Source: Camelus ferus (lineage: Eukaryota). Taken from it: 64,000 bases of DNA. Under the pieces are notes generated by a model. That model saw only the letters and a program-made list of their open reading frames with translations. It was not told the origin of the DNA and made no database searches. The stretch is from positions 35,652,001 through 35,716,000 of the forward strand of contig NC_045697.1 of NCBI RefSeq assembly GCF_009834535.1, in the 5' to 3' direction. Positions 24,891 to 38,269 of this stretch are shown here, in pieces (the first letter of the stretch is position 1; every line of letters begins with the position of its first letter). A program made the translations under genes and the position numbers.

Positions 24891-25372
24891 AAATGTTTGG
24901 TTGGTCTCCTTAAAGAGAGCTCAGTATCAGTCTGGTTCCTGGTAGGTCAGGTACCCATCAGTAGCAGTAACTACATCAGCTTTGGTGAAAAGAAACTCAC
25001 ACTCTTAGGCACATGCATGGCCTTCATCCCTGCTACCCTGGCTACTCTGTGATGCTGGAGAAAGCCCTCAGACTAAAAAGCAGAGAGAGATGGTGCTTGC
25101 GGTATGCAGCTGTCAGTGTGCTATTCACTAGTGCCCTGTAGCTGAAGGTGAACTCAGAGATAGGCCAAGGTGATGTGGGGTCAGCAGCTACACATGCACC
25201 TTAGGATGCACAGCTTGAGGGCTGCCCTCCCTAGGAACACTCGTCTGGTTAGGGCTCCCCTTTCTTCTTTGAACTGTTTCTTTTCTAAGAATTCTTATGT
25301 ACACTCACATTTTAGAGACGGTTTACTCTCAGAGAAGTCTCTTTCTCTCTTGTCTCTCTCTATATACATACG

Positions 25373-25719
25373 GAGTTGGCCCTCTGTATCTGTAGGTTCC
25401 ACATTCATGGATTCTACCAACCTCAGATTGAAAATATTAAAAAAAAAAAGAACACTTCAAAAAGGTCCAAAAAGTAAGACTTGAATTTGCCACACTCTGA
25501 TAACTGATGGCATTGACATTGTATTTACAACTATTTTCACAGCATTTACATTCTATTAGGTATTGTACGTAATCTAGAGAGGATTTAAAGTATATAGAAG
25601 GATGTATGTAAGTTACATGCAAATACTGTGTCATTTAATGTAAGGGACTTGAGTATCCTTGGATTTCGGTATTTGCAGGGGACCCAAAACCAATCCTCCA
25701 CAGTATCGAGGGATGACTG
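25373..25719 (-). mobile_element. Tc1/mariner-Tigger MITE (MER2/MER2B-like)
   Basis: Terminal inverted repeats GAGTTGGCCCTCTGTATC ... GTATCGAGGGATGACTG. Confidence 0.8.
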
Positions 25720-26515
25720 GAGAGAGAGAGAGAGAATATATTTATATTTTTTAATATTTATATGTGTATATCTATATTATATATGTGTATGTGAGTAGAA
25801 AATCAAAACACCATAATATTAAAAATAACCATGCCTTCATGACCAAAATATAGGTGACTTTTTTCCATATTTTTATTTTTGGATACTCTTATAATTTTTA
25901 CCTATAAAATATATCATTTCTATAATCAAAAGAGAACAGTTACTTTAAAATTCCACCTTTGCATTTCAAATATAAATTTTGGATCCTTTCACCCTCAGTT
26001 TGCCCAATATCTTCAGTTGCTTGGAAAAGGGGGATTTATTGCCACAAAACAGCTTTTCAAGTAGACATGAGAAGTGAATGAAGAGTTATTGAACATGCAG
26101 AAGACAGACACGAGGTCACACTATTCCTCACAGTCTGTTACCGTGTAGTTTCTTTTAGAGTAGATTTCAGAATGGAGAGAGACGTACCGTAGTGGCAGGT
26201 ATTAGAATATTTACTACGAATAAATCTGGGAGGTCCTGTGAGTTAGAAATGTAATTACTCAAAAATTTTTGCAGGAAAAAACTGCTGTTCCAAGTGAGCT
26301 GAAAAGGAGGCTTAATCTTTTTGTTTTACTTTGTCTTTGGAATTGAATCTAAGCACAGTTTTAGTCTTGAGTGAAAAAAATGTATTTAACATATATGTAT
26401 ATATTATATTTATTATATCATATATTAAATATATTTTAATTCTTGAGATAACTATCTATATTTTGTTCTAAATCCAAAATTTGATTATCTTGCACTTTTG
26501 AACTTTTATTTTATT

Positions 26516-26586
26516 TTATTTTTAAACATTTTTTGTTGATTTACAATAATTTTACAATGTTGTGTCAAATTCCAGTGTAGAGCCCA
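26516..26586 (-). mobile_element. Ultra-short L1 3' stub with perfect 15-bp TSD
   Basis: Matches the last ~65 nt of the young L1; AACTTTTATTTTATT at 26501-26515 and 26587-26601. Confidence 0.9.
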
Positions 26587-27289
26587 AACTTTTATTTTAT
26601 TAATTTATTTTTGCTTCAGTTTCCCTTACAAATTTAGAAAAAATATGGATAGTGCAAATTCATGAAAATCAGAATTAATAGTTGAAACTCTGTTAGTACA
26701 TTTGAATTTAAACATCCCCCAAATTAATAATACTCTGCTTAAAAGGATGTCTAATATAACAAGCTAATAAAATAAGCTATAAATGACATATTTTGTGCAG
26801 GTAAATGTATCATGCTATTTTGACTTTGAAAATGCTTAGAGGCAGTGTTTAGAGTCATTTTTTTAAAAACCTGCCTATTGGCATTATTAATTTGCTTAGT
26901 AGAAAAAGAAAGCACCAGTTTTCATAGAAACAGTGCTGGAATGGACTCAGGAGGCCAGCAAACCCCTCCATTTTACAGCTGATACAGATGCCTAGAACTG
27001 AAGTGATCTGTCCAGGCTGACAGTTAATGGACAGCAGGTTTGTTACTACATCTGCTACTAGAGTGGCGTGCTAGTATCACTTCATTTCAGGCAAAATGAA
27101 AGAAAAATAAACATTTAGGAGCACCTACTATGGGCTCTTACATATATTTTCCAAGATAATCCTTGCAGAAATCTTCTGAAATGGAAACCACACTGCTTAG
27201 GAAGGTCACATGGCTGGCTGAAATTGGAGCTGAGATTCCAAACCAGGGCTATCTCAATGACACTTGAGAAATTATTAATTGGAGGAGAA

Positions 27290-28770
27290 GTACTTCCAGA
27301 ATGGTGGTGGAATAAGGACCTCCAAAAATCCACTCCTCAATAAAAGCAACAAAAATGACAGTAAAATTTTTCAAAAGTAACCTTTTCATTTCTGTAAATT
27401 AATTAAAAGTTTGCATAAATCCAAGGAGAATTTATTCAAGAAAAATGACTGTATCTTGATAAGGACAGCATACTTTGTGGCACTTTAACTATTCCTATCT
27501 CATCCTCCTCTCCCCAGCTTCATGGTAGCCTTGAATACAGACAGCTTCGCAATCCCAGCAGCTGTGAAAACCAATAGCCTCCCAGCCCCGGAAGAGTACA
27601 AATGGATTCGGAGCTCCCCTAAAACCCCATTTCCAGAGTTATCATGATTTGACCTGTCTTGCAGCTCTCTGAAAACCTCATTTACAGAGCTGGTCTTTAT
27701 TTAACTTGACTCAGACCTTACTCAGTGGGAAATCTATTTTCCCAGTATGTTTGTTGTAAATAATCAGTGGCAATCGTGTAGCACCACAATTGCTGGAGGC
27801 AGTGGTACCAGGTGGGGATTTCCAAAGGGAAACTTGAAGAATGAGAGGTCTACAGGGGTCTTTGAAAAGCTCCAACATATTACCGGGAATCTAGAAGGCC
27901 ACCCACATATGCATGACCAGAAAAGAGAAGGCTCTAATTTCTAGCCCCTGTTTGACCTTGAGGCTCTGTATAAGCAAGTAGTAAAGGCTCAGGCAGAATT
28001 GCAAACTGCCACAGTGCTGAAGACATGCCACGACACACACACAGAACCCCTTGGAAAAGAGTGGGAAACATACTGGTTTAAGGCATTTAAAGAAATCTCT
28101 GTACAATCGTTGGCTGACCACTAAGCCAACCAAGAAGGTACTTCAGTGGCTGCAAGTAAAAAATAATATAGATTTGACAGAACTAGTCAGGAAATCAAAT
28201 AAGCAAACAAATAGTAATGATGACAAAGAACAGCAACAATAGCAATCCCCGGAGAGGAGGACAATCTTATTTTGGGGATTGCCACGTTATATTATTTAAA
28301 ATAGCTAGTGTCAATAAAATAAAATATCCGGTTTCCAACATGCAAAGAAACAGGAAATTATGGTCCATACAAAGGAGAAAAAGAAGTCAACAGAAACTGT
28401 CCCTTAAGAAGTCCAACTGTTGGACTTTAAATCAGCTATTATAAATATGTGCGAAGAACTAAAGGAAAAAATGTCCAAAGAATTAAAGGAAAACATGAAT
28501 GCAAAGACTGCATATTGTACGACTCCATTTGTAGCAAATGTCCAAGATAGGCAGATCCATAGAGATGGAAAGCAGCTTAGTGGCTGCCAGGGCTTGAAAG
28601 TAAGGGGTGGGGGTCGTGGGGGATGGGGAGTGACTGCTAACGAGTCTGGATTTCTTTCTGGGGTGATAAAAGTGTTCTTATAATTAGGTAGCAATAGTGG
28701 TGAAAATACTAACTCTGTGAATATACTAAAAACCATTGAATTGTACATGTAAAAAGGGTGATTTTTATCT
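27290..28770 (+). mobile_element. Old L1 (L1M4/L1MB-like): 5' region joined at about 28500 to a 3' UTR
   Basis: Starts ACTTCCAGAATGGTGGTGGAATAAGGACC; ORF1-like AINMCEELKE segment at 28435-28500; then 3' UTR motif ACTAAAAACCATTGAATTGTAC. Confidence 0.75.
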
Positions 28771-30464
28771 GGGCATGGTTTTACATGCTAAGACCATGTA
28801 ATCTGTCATGGCTGATTATATGGTTGATTACAAATTACATGGCTGTAATTTGCCTAATTGCTGAACTGCTAAGTTGATCATATAAAATCATTGAAGCATA
28901 TAAGTGCTATCAAGGAGTCAAAGTATTCCAGTGTTTGTTTTAAAAGATGTATTAATATTTTTCTGAATGCCCCCACCATCTCTTGCTTTATATCTGATCT
29001 ATTCACTTTTTAAACACATTTTCTTATATTTTTCAGATTTATGAGGATTCTGTTCTGTTTCTCATCTGTAGAGCTAACATTTAGTTGGATCTTCTCAGGC
29101 AAATTCTCCAGGCAAAGTGACCTTCTCTTCATTGCGCCTTCCACATCCTCACAATCCTACAGCCTCTTAGAAACCTACTCCATCCCAGTTCAGCATCTCC
29201 CAGCAGTATCTGTACAAATGAATTTATAAATTGATGTTTGGGCCTAGAGTAAACTTAAAGAGATGTCAAAGGCACTTGGTTGGATTAAAATCATGGCATT
29301 AGCAAGAAGTAATTTTCCTAAAGAATTCAGACTTGATTGACAAGGCTTCCATACTTGTAAGGGAGATGTTTTTTTGCTCTAGGAAATGGCTGTGTGGTGA
29401 TGAGCCAGCATGAGACTCGCACGATTAAGGCAACTTACAGTAAAGTTTAGGTCGGAAAAAACCCACAGGTTTTTCTAACCTCCACTCCTCATCCTGGAAA
29501 ATTTTGTTGAAATTAAATGGGGTCTAGTAAACACTAAACACTTTATAGGGAAAACAGATTTTTCAAGTAAATAGAAGACAATCTACAGTTTTATAAAAAT
29601 GTATCATTTGAATTCTACTATTTATTTTAGTCCAAAGAAAGTTTCAGAATATCCCACCAGATTTAAAGAGAATTATACTAGTTAGAATATGGAAGACCAA
29701 ATATTTTGGATAGAATTTTTATAAATATCTATTGGAGGTTTTGAAAAGGAAAAGGAATGTAATCTCTTATGATCACACACATTAAGGAGACAAACAATGG
29801 AAGGGAGCCAAGTAGTGCTAAGGACCCAAGGTAATGATCACCATCATGGGACGTACACCTGGGTGTGAAAGAACAATGCTGGGATCAAGTCCATCCACCC
29901 TGGGCCACAGCTGGACCCTCCAACATGACCAAGCTTGCGGCTGTACTGATGTGTGGCCAAATGGCCATGGAAACTCACATTCTGAGCATGGCTGTTTTAC
30001 AAGCTCGTTAAGTTTGGAGGGAAAGCCTTCTTCCTCTACCTTGAACTATCAGTCTTGATGCCCAATACAATGTGTCTTGTTCAGCTTTGGAGATAATGGT
30101 TTACAGACCTCAAGTAGCATCTCAAGAAAGTTTCAACATCAAAGGCACTTCTGTGGGGACTTTAAAATGTAACCTGAGGAAGAATATTCAACACTGTAAA
30201 CAGGCTTATGTGTTACTACTGTCAATATGCTAACATGGTGATATCTATGTAGGGTGTTTTAGAATTTATGAAGAATTTTGATGGACTTAATTTGACTTAA
30301 TTCACACAAAAAGTGTGAGATTATCAGGGCAGATATTTTTGTCTTCATTTTCACACATGGGAAGACTATGGCTCAGAGGAGTTGAACTTTCTGCTTGTCA
30401 TTAGTGGAATTGAGGCCTGGACCCTGGGCTCTTGACTCCAATCTCACAAGATTTTTGCAAAACT

Positions 30465-30640
30465 GTGTTCTCAATCTGCACATCAGAATCATCTGGATAG
30501 TGTTAAAAAAAAAAAAATCCCTCATGTGCTGGCTGAACCCCAGACCAATGAAATCAGAATAACTTGGCATAAGACCCAAGCAACAGTATTTGTCACAGCT
30601 CTTCAGATAACACCCATGTTCAGCCAAGTTTGAGAGCCAT
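30465..30640. mobile_element. hAT-Charlie MER5-like element
   Basis: GTGTTCTCAA...CATCAGAATCATCTGG...CCAAGTTTGAGAGCCA. Confidence 0.7.
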
Positions 30641-30698
30641 GTTCTACCATGTCATGTTTCCTCCTTGAGGGAAAACTGGCATTTAGAAGCTATAATGT

Positions 30699-30908
30699 GG
30701 GGAAGGTATAGTTCAGTGGCAGAGAGCCTAAGCATGCAAGGGGTACAGGGTTCAATCCCCAGTACCTCCATTAAAATACACAAACAAACAAACTTAATTA
30801 CCCCCTTCCAAGAAACCAAACCAAAATAAAACAAAACAAAAAAAAACCCCAAACAAACAAATTAAAAAGCCAAAAAAAGAAAAAAGAAAGAAAAAGAAAA
30901 GAATTGTT
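30699..30908 (+). mobile_element. Vic-1-type SINE with long A-rich tail and TSD
   Basis: GGGGAAGGTATAGTTCAGTGGCAGAG head; TTAGAAGCTATAAT at 30683-30696 and 30907-30920. Confidence 0.92.
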
Positions 30909-31479
30909 AGAAGCTATAATATAAAAGGCCAAGATACGACACTTCAAAAATTTTAAGATATTCATTGTCTTATTCAACAATTATTTATTGAGAATCTTCT
31001 CTGTGCCTGGTGGCATGATTCTACCAAGAGACCCCAGTAAATAAGACAAAGTTCCTGGCAGTCTGGTTACAGGCATGATTATCACATTGGCTAGACACGG
31101 TGACCTTCTCCCATGGTGCTGAACTCCCTCACTCTTGCACCACTTCTTAACTTGACCCTGGTGCTGATCATTTTCTTCCTGCATGAGGATTTAGAGCACC
31201 GTGATGGTGGTGGGATGTATGGACACGTCCACTCTGTAAAGATGCCTGTGAAAAATTCTACTCAGTGCTCCCTGTAAAGAAAATAAATCTGCTACCTACC
31301 TGAGGTGCTTCCTTTTGCTAGAATAGGAGAGCCACGTAATCCATTATGCTCTTCTCTTTGACTTGGCTGCGAGGAGGCTTGGAACCATGTTTTGTGGGCA
31401 AGCCTGGTGGGTTTCCCTCTGTACCAGTCAGAGCCTTGGCCCTCCTGACACTTAAACAAGGTCATTGTCAAGAGTTCAA

Positions 31480-31900
31480 TGAAGGTCTGGGGAGGGCTAA
31501 GAGAAATGAGTGAGTTATGATGGAACATTCTGGGGCTAGCTGAAGCTGGAAGCAAGCCATTCCAGCCTGAGCCTGGAGAAGAAATGAGAAGCAGCAGTTG
31601 CTGGAACATGGAAGGTGTTTGCAGCTGTTATAGAGGGCTGCCTGATGGGGACTGTAGCCATGGGTGGAGGACCACAACCACTGCCAACCCAAGGTCCTGC
31701 AGGGAAGAGCCTGGAGCAAATATTCCAATGTCTTTCTCTTTTGACCTTCAGTCCCTTGCCAGGGATGGCTACTGGACAAAAGGGACAGAAATCAGACTGA
31801 AATCAGAAGCCCGACTGATAGACTCCAAAGAGGTCAATGTCCCAGGGCACAGAGCAGGGGGAAGGGGGGATCTGGAAGGGCAAGGAGACAACCCAGCACT
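31480..31900 (-). mobile_element. ERVL LTR (LTR33-like)
   Basis: CAGGGCACAGAGCAGGGGGAAGGGGGATCTGGAAGGGCAA end motif. Confidence 0.5.
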
Positions 31901-32341
31901 GCACCTTACCTAGGCAATGAGCCTCACACTTTAAGTGGGTTCTGCCACAACTGTGCCTTTTATTGCTTGCCATTTCTTTTGTTATTTTTTACTTTAAAAT
32001 TGGGCTTAAAATGGGTAAGAGTTTAGAGATGGTAGTAAAGCCGTAAAATAACACCCTTTATTGTGGTTGAAACACGTAAGGGAAGTACAAGACCATCACC
32101 ATCTTCCTACATGTCCACATTCGGATTTCAGGAATTCTTACGGGAAATAAGCCAACAAGGCCATCTTTATGATTGACTCATCTTCTCTGTGTCTCTCACA
32201 GTCATCTGCTCCAACCATATATCTTAGGATAAACTGGAGGGCTGATTTTTTTCTGTATATTGCTCTTTAGGGATCTGACTAGAGTAAATTCTCCTGTCAT
32301 GTTTTTTAAAATCAGCTATACAAGTCGAGGACCCCATGTGA

Positions 32342-32411
32342 CTTTTTTCTTTCTTTCTCCTTTCCTTTCTTTCTTCTTCTTCTTCTTCTTCTTGTTCTTT
32401 TTTTTTTTTTT
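32342..32411. repeat. Polypyrimidine (CTTT)/(CTT)n/poly-T tract
   Basis: Read directly from the sequence. Confidence 0.85.
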
Positions 32412-32569
32412 AACATGTTCTTGTTTAAGATTTTGAGGACACAGAAATGTAAGAACGAAATAGCAATTCCTTAACTCTGCACCTAGAGATGACCATTATA
32501 AACATTTAAGCGTATTTTCTTTATGTCTCTCTGTTTACATATCTCCTTTACCACCACCGCCATCACAAC

Positions 32570-32740
32570 AGCACTTACTAAGAACTTGGCACTATTCTAA
32601 GCACTTTACCATATAAAGTAAAAAACTCTTGTGATCTTAATTTACAGATGAGGAGATTGAGGCAGACAAAGATTATTTAATTTGCCCAAGGTCACAATGA
32701 AAGTAAGTGGTGGGACTGGAATTTGAACCAGAACACTGCG
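32570..32740 (-). mobile_element. MIR
   Basis: TTTACAGATGAGGAGATTGAGGC...TTGCCCAAGGTCACA. Confidence 0.8.
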
Positions 32741-33464
32741 GTTAAGTGCTCATATTTCAAGTCACAAAACAGGTGATATGACCAAAAATTCCAAACCATC
32801 AAAACCTTTATCCTGGCATCTGACATTCCAAAAGGGGAGCCTTGTCAATGACAAAAGGCTTGGTGTTCACAAAACTAAAAACAGACCAAATGGCCAACAG
32901 AAATACTGCCCTTGTTGATGTTATGACCAGGCAGAAGTAATCTTATAAACACGTGGCCACTGTGTAATGTAACTAAACACTGTGTAGCTGTTTATTCTTT
33001 CATTTATTGTGCATTATTATTAAACACCTGCTCTGGGTCAGGCATTGTTCTGGGTGCTAGCAGTTAATGACATTCGTGTTAGAGATCTTACACTGTAGTG
33101 GGAGAGACAGATGATGAGCAAGTAAATAAATTCATAATATATCATTTCAAGTCAGGGGAGATTGCCAGAGTAGAGACTTCAGGAACACCCCAACTGGGGC
33201 AAAAGATGAGTTTCGTGGTCTGTGCTTTGTAGCATCTCTCCATAAAGACCAAGGAGAATTCAGGAAAGGCAACCAACCCGGGGGTGCAGCACACTCCATA
33301 GAGGGAGGTTTTGCATTTTAAAGAAAAATAGATGGACTTTGTATCCTGTAATTAATCAACTGTAAATATGGTTTTAAAATGTTTTTCGTCCAACAATTAC
33401 TGAGTATTGGGGAGTATAGTAGTCAGGTCTGCCACCAGTGAGCACCTGGAGTTAAATATGGAAG

Positions 33465-33646
33465 AATGGTTCTCAAACTTGCACTTACATCAGAATTCCC
33501 AAGAAGGCTTATTAAAACCTGGATTCCCAGCTCACCACAGGAGGTTTTGGTTTTGAGGGTCTGGGGTGGAGTCCAATAATTTGCATCCTAATAATTTCCC
33601 AAGTGCTGCTGCTGCTGCTTCAGGGATCGTTCTTTGAGAACCACTG
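33465..33646. mobile_element. MER5-like hAT element
   Basis: TGGTTCTCAAACTT...TTTGAGAACCACTG terminal inverted repeats. Confidence 0.8.
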
Positions 33647-34965
33647 ATGTAGACCCATGGGTCTTAAGAGACTGCTTGGGTGGTGATGGTGGTAGAGATT
33701 CCAGGAGTTGGAGTGATATCCTGAGGGTAGAGTTGAAATCCTCTTGGAAAAATTAAGTGGCCTAGCCTAACTCATCTTTTTTGAACTCCATTCTATTATT
33801 TATTTAGAAGTGAGCTGAAGAAGTGCTTGTTCCCGAACAGGGCCAGGCTTTTTCCCTGGGGAAATTATTTTCAAAGGGCTACAAAGCACAGATAAATGGG
33901 TACTTGAAGCTCCAAGTTCTATTCCATTTGTCTAGCCAAAGCTGTTTTTGCCTGGAAAACTCTCAGGAAGATGCAAACAAAACACGTGTCAAACATATAT
34001 TTTATACTGGTAAAAATACATCACAGAGTCATAAAATTATACTTTACACTGATTAAAAATCCCTTAAAAACAGAGACCTTTCCAAATTAATAAAAAGCTC
34101 TTTAAAGACGTCATTTTAATAGATAACAACATTCCGTCCTGTGATGATATGTCATCTACTGAATCATTTCTTTTTTGGAGATTTCCACTGTTTTTGCTCC
34201 TACATAAAACAGTAAAATGAATAGTTCTGCACATTGATGTTTGCCTACATTTCTAAATATTCTAGATTATTTGAAGTGGAGTTGCTGAGTCAAAATGAAC
34301 ATTTCTAATGTGAGTGAAATGTAATTCCATTTGTCATTTCTGACTAAGAGCTACTTAAATGTGAACACCGTCACAAGAGGAGCATGATTTTGGCTTTCTT
34401 CTTTGCCATTTAAATAAGACTAAGCTTCTTGTTCTCCAAATAATAAGCATGTGATTCATCTAGAAGGAAGAGAAATTTCACATCAAAGTGTCCCAAAAGA
34501 GAATTTATGAAAGTCTCTTTGAAGAGGCAGCAAATGGAAAATCCTGCCACACAACACACAACAAAAATTCCTAAACACAATCTTAAGACATCTCTCTCTC
34601 CCCAGAGTTGCATCTTTCTAGCAGCTGCTTCCCTCCTCCCCCACCCCCCAATCTCTGGTCTCTGTCTTTCTCTCCACCCTCAGCCGATCTCTAACACCTT
34701 GTGCTTCTGCCTTCCAGGTCCATGCCTCTCTCATTTATTTAATGTAAGTGCTTTGGTTTTTAAAATTTCCAGCCATAATCTTGAATAGTAAAAAGAAGGC
34801 TCAGAAATGGCTGAGCAAAGAATTCTCTTTAAGAGGCTCTGGAGGGAAGCCCTGTGAACTTTGCAGAAAGGCACTGCAGGTTGGATTCTGCCAAAAGCCC
34901 CTCTTTAGCTTTGGCATTGGCCCCCACTGTTGGAAGGCTGAGTAGCCAAAGGCTTCTTCAGTATC

Positions 34966-35130
34966 ATTTCCGGCCTCCCTGAACTTGGGTGGGCTCAAGG
35001 ATTGCGTGATTGGGTAAATTCCAATCACATCTATGGTATCTAATCATTGCAACCAAGTCTACGTTATGAACAAAGCATGCCAGTTAAACTGATTAACATT
35101 TAGAATACTCACTTTTAAACGTAGGTAAGC
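34966..35130. promoter_or_regulatory. Candidate promoter/enhancer (ETS, GT box, inverted CCAAT pair, C/EBP-like, HNF1-like motifs)
   Basis: ATTTCCGG, GGGTGGG, GTGATTGG-N7-CCAATCAC, GTTAAACTGATTAAC, then AG|GTAAGC. Confidence 0.35.
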
Positions 35131-37249
35131 ATTGTTGGCGTAACTTGGATTAAAAATCTCTCTATGTGTTTAATATGTTGAACTTCTATTATTTCCTTGA
35201 AGTAGGCATGCCCTGACTAATTTCAAGAATGTAATATTATGCTAATTTTGAATTACTGTAAAAGTTGTTGACTTTACATACAAAAACAAAAGATCTTGCA
35301 AGCAGTTAAATAGATAAATTGATTCACTCTAGGAACATTAAGAGAATGTCTTAGCTAGATAGCTTTAGGAAGAAATTTACATTCTTTTCTAGCCAACAAG
35401 AGCTTATAAAAATTAAAATAATAATACAAGGCCAGCTAATAAAACTCAGTTTTATTCATAATTAGAATCTTTGTGGAATTGTTTGGTGTGCTAGCATTCC
35501 TAAGACTAAACAAAATAATCTTAAAGAAATTATTTAATTTTGAGTGATTTAAACCCATTTTAGGTTATGCTTCTTTCAAGAAAAAAACCTCTTTGAGAGT
35601 TTTGGTGAATGAATTAAAAGCAGAATGCCAACTTTTTCATCTCAGAATTATGTAAGGAGCAACACCTTCATAACCACGTACAGCAGCATCTATGGTAAAT
35701 TATCGTCAATCCCGATAAGAAGAAAAAATATACGCTCTGATGAAAACAAGAAAATACTAGAGAAAAATGAAGTATCTAAAAAACCTCTCCCTCCTCTTCT
35801 GCCATCAGTTGCCATCATTTTAAAGTGAGGGTCTGTTAAGTGCAGCAAATACGAAGGCAAGTGACCCCAGGAGCAAACTAGCAACTGACAAAACTCAGAA
35901 ACTATTGCTCCAAATTCTAATCATAAATATGTAAAATTTAGCTAAGCAAAGGTTAAACAATAAAGGTCTGACAATGATTATAATAATAATTTAGATTTAT
36001 TGTGGTTATCCCAGAAGTATGTTCTCTGATTAGAATATTTGGCTTGGGGTGAATTTTGATTTATTTTTTTTCACCCAGATATTTGCAGTTCAGTCACAAT
36101 GTGTATTTGCCACATCTCTCATTTACTTGAATATTTCTAATCCTGTCAAAACTCATTAGCGAAAACTGCAGTTGACTGCAGCAACAGGAGCTTGGGCCAA
36201 AACTGCCTTATGAAAACATTCCCATCTGGATGTGAATTTTTCAGCTTTCCTCAATGAGGCATTCAATTGGCAAAAGCAGAGGTTTTCTACGATCAGGAAA
36301 ATTTTCTCTTCTCGAACATTCTTCTCTTCCAGATCTTCAAGTACCCGATATATTGTTTCTAATTAGGACACGGTATTTGCTTACTAGACACCGAGAGGAT
36401 TCTAGTCCCTATTTTCTGCTTAAAAATGCTTACTGATGTTCACAATGGCAGGAGAGCTTAGAGGCCATCGTATCCCAAATCCTCACTTCACAGATGTGGA
36501 AACAGGCTTGAGGAGGTGAAGGAATTTGTTCAAGGTCCGGCAGCTAACTCCGGCAGAAGTGACACAGGAGCCAGCCTCCCAGTATGCAATCCTGCATTCG
36601 GTCCAGAGAAGCAAGTTGTCACCTTTCAATCTATCTTTTTTTCTCCTTCTCAGTGCCATGCTCCTGACCAAAATCAGAAGCACCTTCTTTTTTTCTTCTC
36701 ACATCTATTCTTAATTCAACTTTCAAACTCTGATGGGACAGAGCTTCTTTGATTTTTTTCTAAGTATTTCCTGAGTATTTCAACCTGCTCCCTTGTGGGT
36801 TTAATGAGCATCACAGATGATCCATTGATGTTTCCGGCTCAAGAACCATTCATTATTACAGTGATTATTACAAAATGCATTTTGGCAAGTGCTCCTTCCT
36901 CTTAATTCTGAAACTCATGTGTGTTCGACAGGAAATCGAGTCCATGTGTTTTTGACTCATTTACACCCAGGTCACTGAATGTGGTTGGTCAGAGCTAACT
37001 GGACTCTAAGTAGTCCTCCGGGCCTTTTCATTACACGTTGATGGTCTGAGCTTCTGCAAGACGTCACTGGCTAGATTGTGTGCAGCTAGTGTTCCAACTC
37101 CAGCTCTTCTAAGTTGACTCTGACATTCTCCCATTCACCTTTTCTTAATTAACTCCATATTTGTGATGTTTACTTTGGATGACTTTGTGAGACTGAGACA
37201 AGCTTCAGTACCCTATCCTCCTTCTAGAAACATCTAGAAGTAATCATAT

Positions 37250-37470
37250 AAATAATAATACCAAGTGTTTATTGAGCATTTACTATGTGCCAGACACTGT
37301 TTTAGGCACTCCACCTGTATTTAATTCTCACCATAGTGCAGTGACATGGAAAGGATTATTATTTCCATTTTAAAGACTGGAAAATAGAGGCCCAAGGTCA
37401 CTAATAGGCGTTGAAGCCACAAACTGAACCCAGTCAGTCAAGCTCCAGAGCCAGTTCTTTTGACAACTAT
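37250..37470 (-). mobile_element. MIR
   Basis: TTTATTGAGCATTTACTATGTGCCAGACACTG...CCCAAGGTCAC. Confidence 0.8.
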
Positions 37471-38269
37471 GTAATCATTGTGTGAAACCATGACTCTGTG
37501 TCCATGATCAACTATTTCCTTACGCTGGATATGAGATACTTCAGTGAATAGGCCTATCAATGTTAACTTTTCTTAGACAACTACCTCAATGATTCATATA
37601 TGTTAAGATTTGCAATTACCATGGCTACTATAAAATGCCCATACAGATTCCTTTAGCCAAGAAGAGAGCTGTTCAAGTTGGACCCTCCTGCTTGTAATTT
37701 GATTCCAGAGACAGTATTAAGACTATATACAATCCAAGGTGAGAAAGGCTGCTCTTACCCAGGAGACTTGACTGAATGCTGTTGTCATGGCAACATGGCC
37801 CAGGCAGGACTAATGCCATGCACCTAGGAAATGCTATGGGCAGACTGAATTGAATGTTGAAAGCCAGAGACCTAATTGGAAGGCATGAGGAAACTTGGGA
37901 GGAGGGCCGACTTCCATCAGGCCAGGATGAAGTCCTGTCCTCATATCTCTGTCCACACTCATTTGCACCTTAAGTTGCTTTGTGGGAATCTGGGCCAGGG
38001 AGACAGGTACAGTGGTCATGCTTTAGCTCAGCTGCATCTCTGGCCTTTCTCTGAATATTAGTCAAATCAAAACATGTTTGCAGAAGAGGGACCAGAGAAG
38101 CCACTATCTTTGAACCATGTAGAACAAGTTATGGGTTCTTGAAGCTGCGGTGGGGTCCCATTCCTGATTTCGTGGCTTACTCTTTACTCACGTTTTAGCT
38201 ACACAACCTTAGGCCTCAAAGACATAGCCAACCTTGTAATTAAAAGTGATAAATATTTTATTTGGTCTC

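Noticed and set aside
29005..29160. Exon-like open stretches on both strands (QIYEDSV...; DCEDVEGAMKRR...)
   Set aside because: The short resemblance to a bromodomain motif is not sustained, splice signals are weak or incomplete, and no partner exons were found
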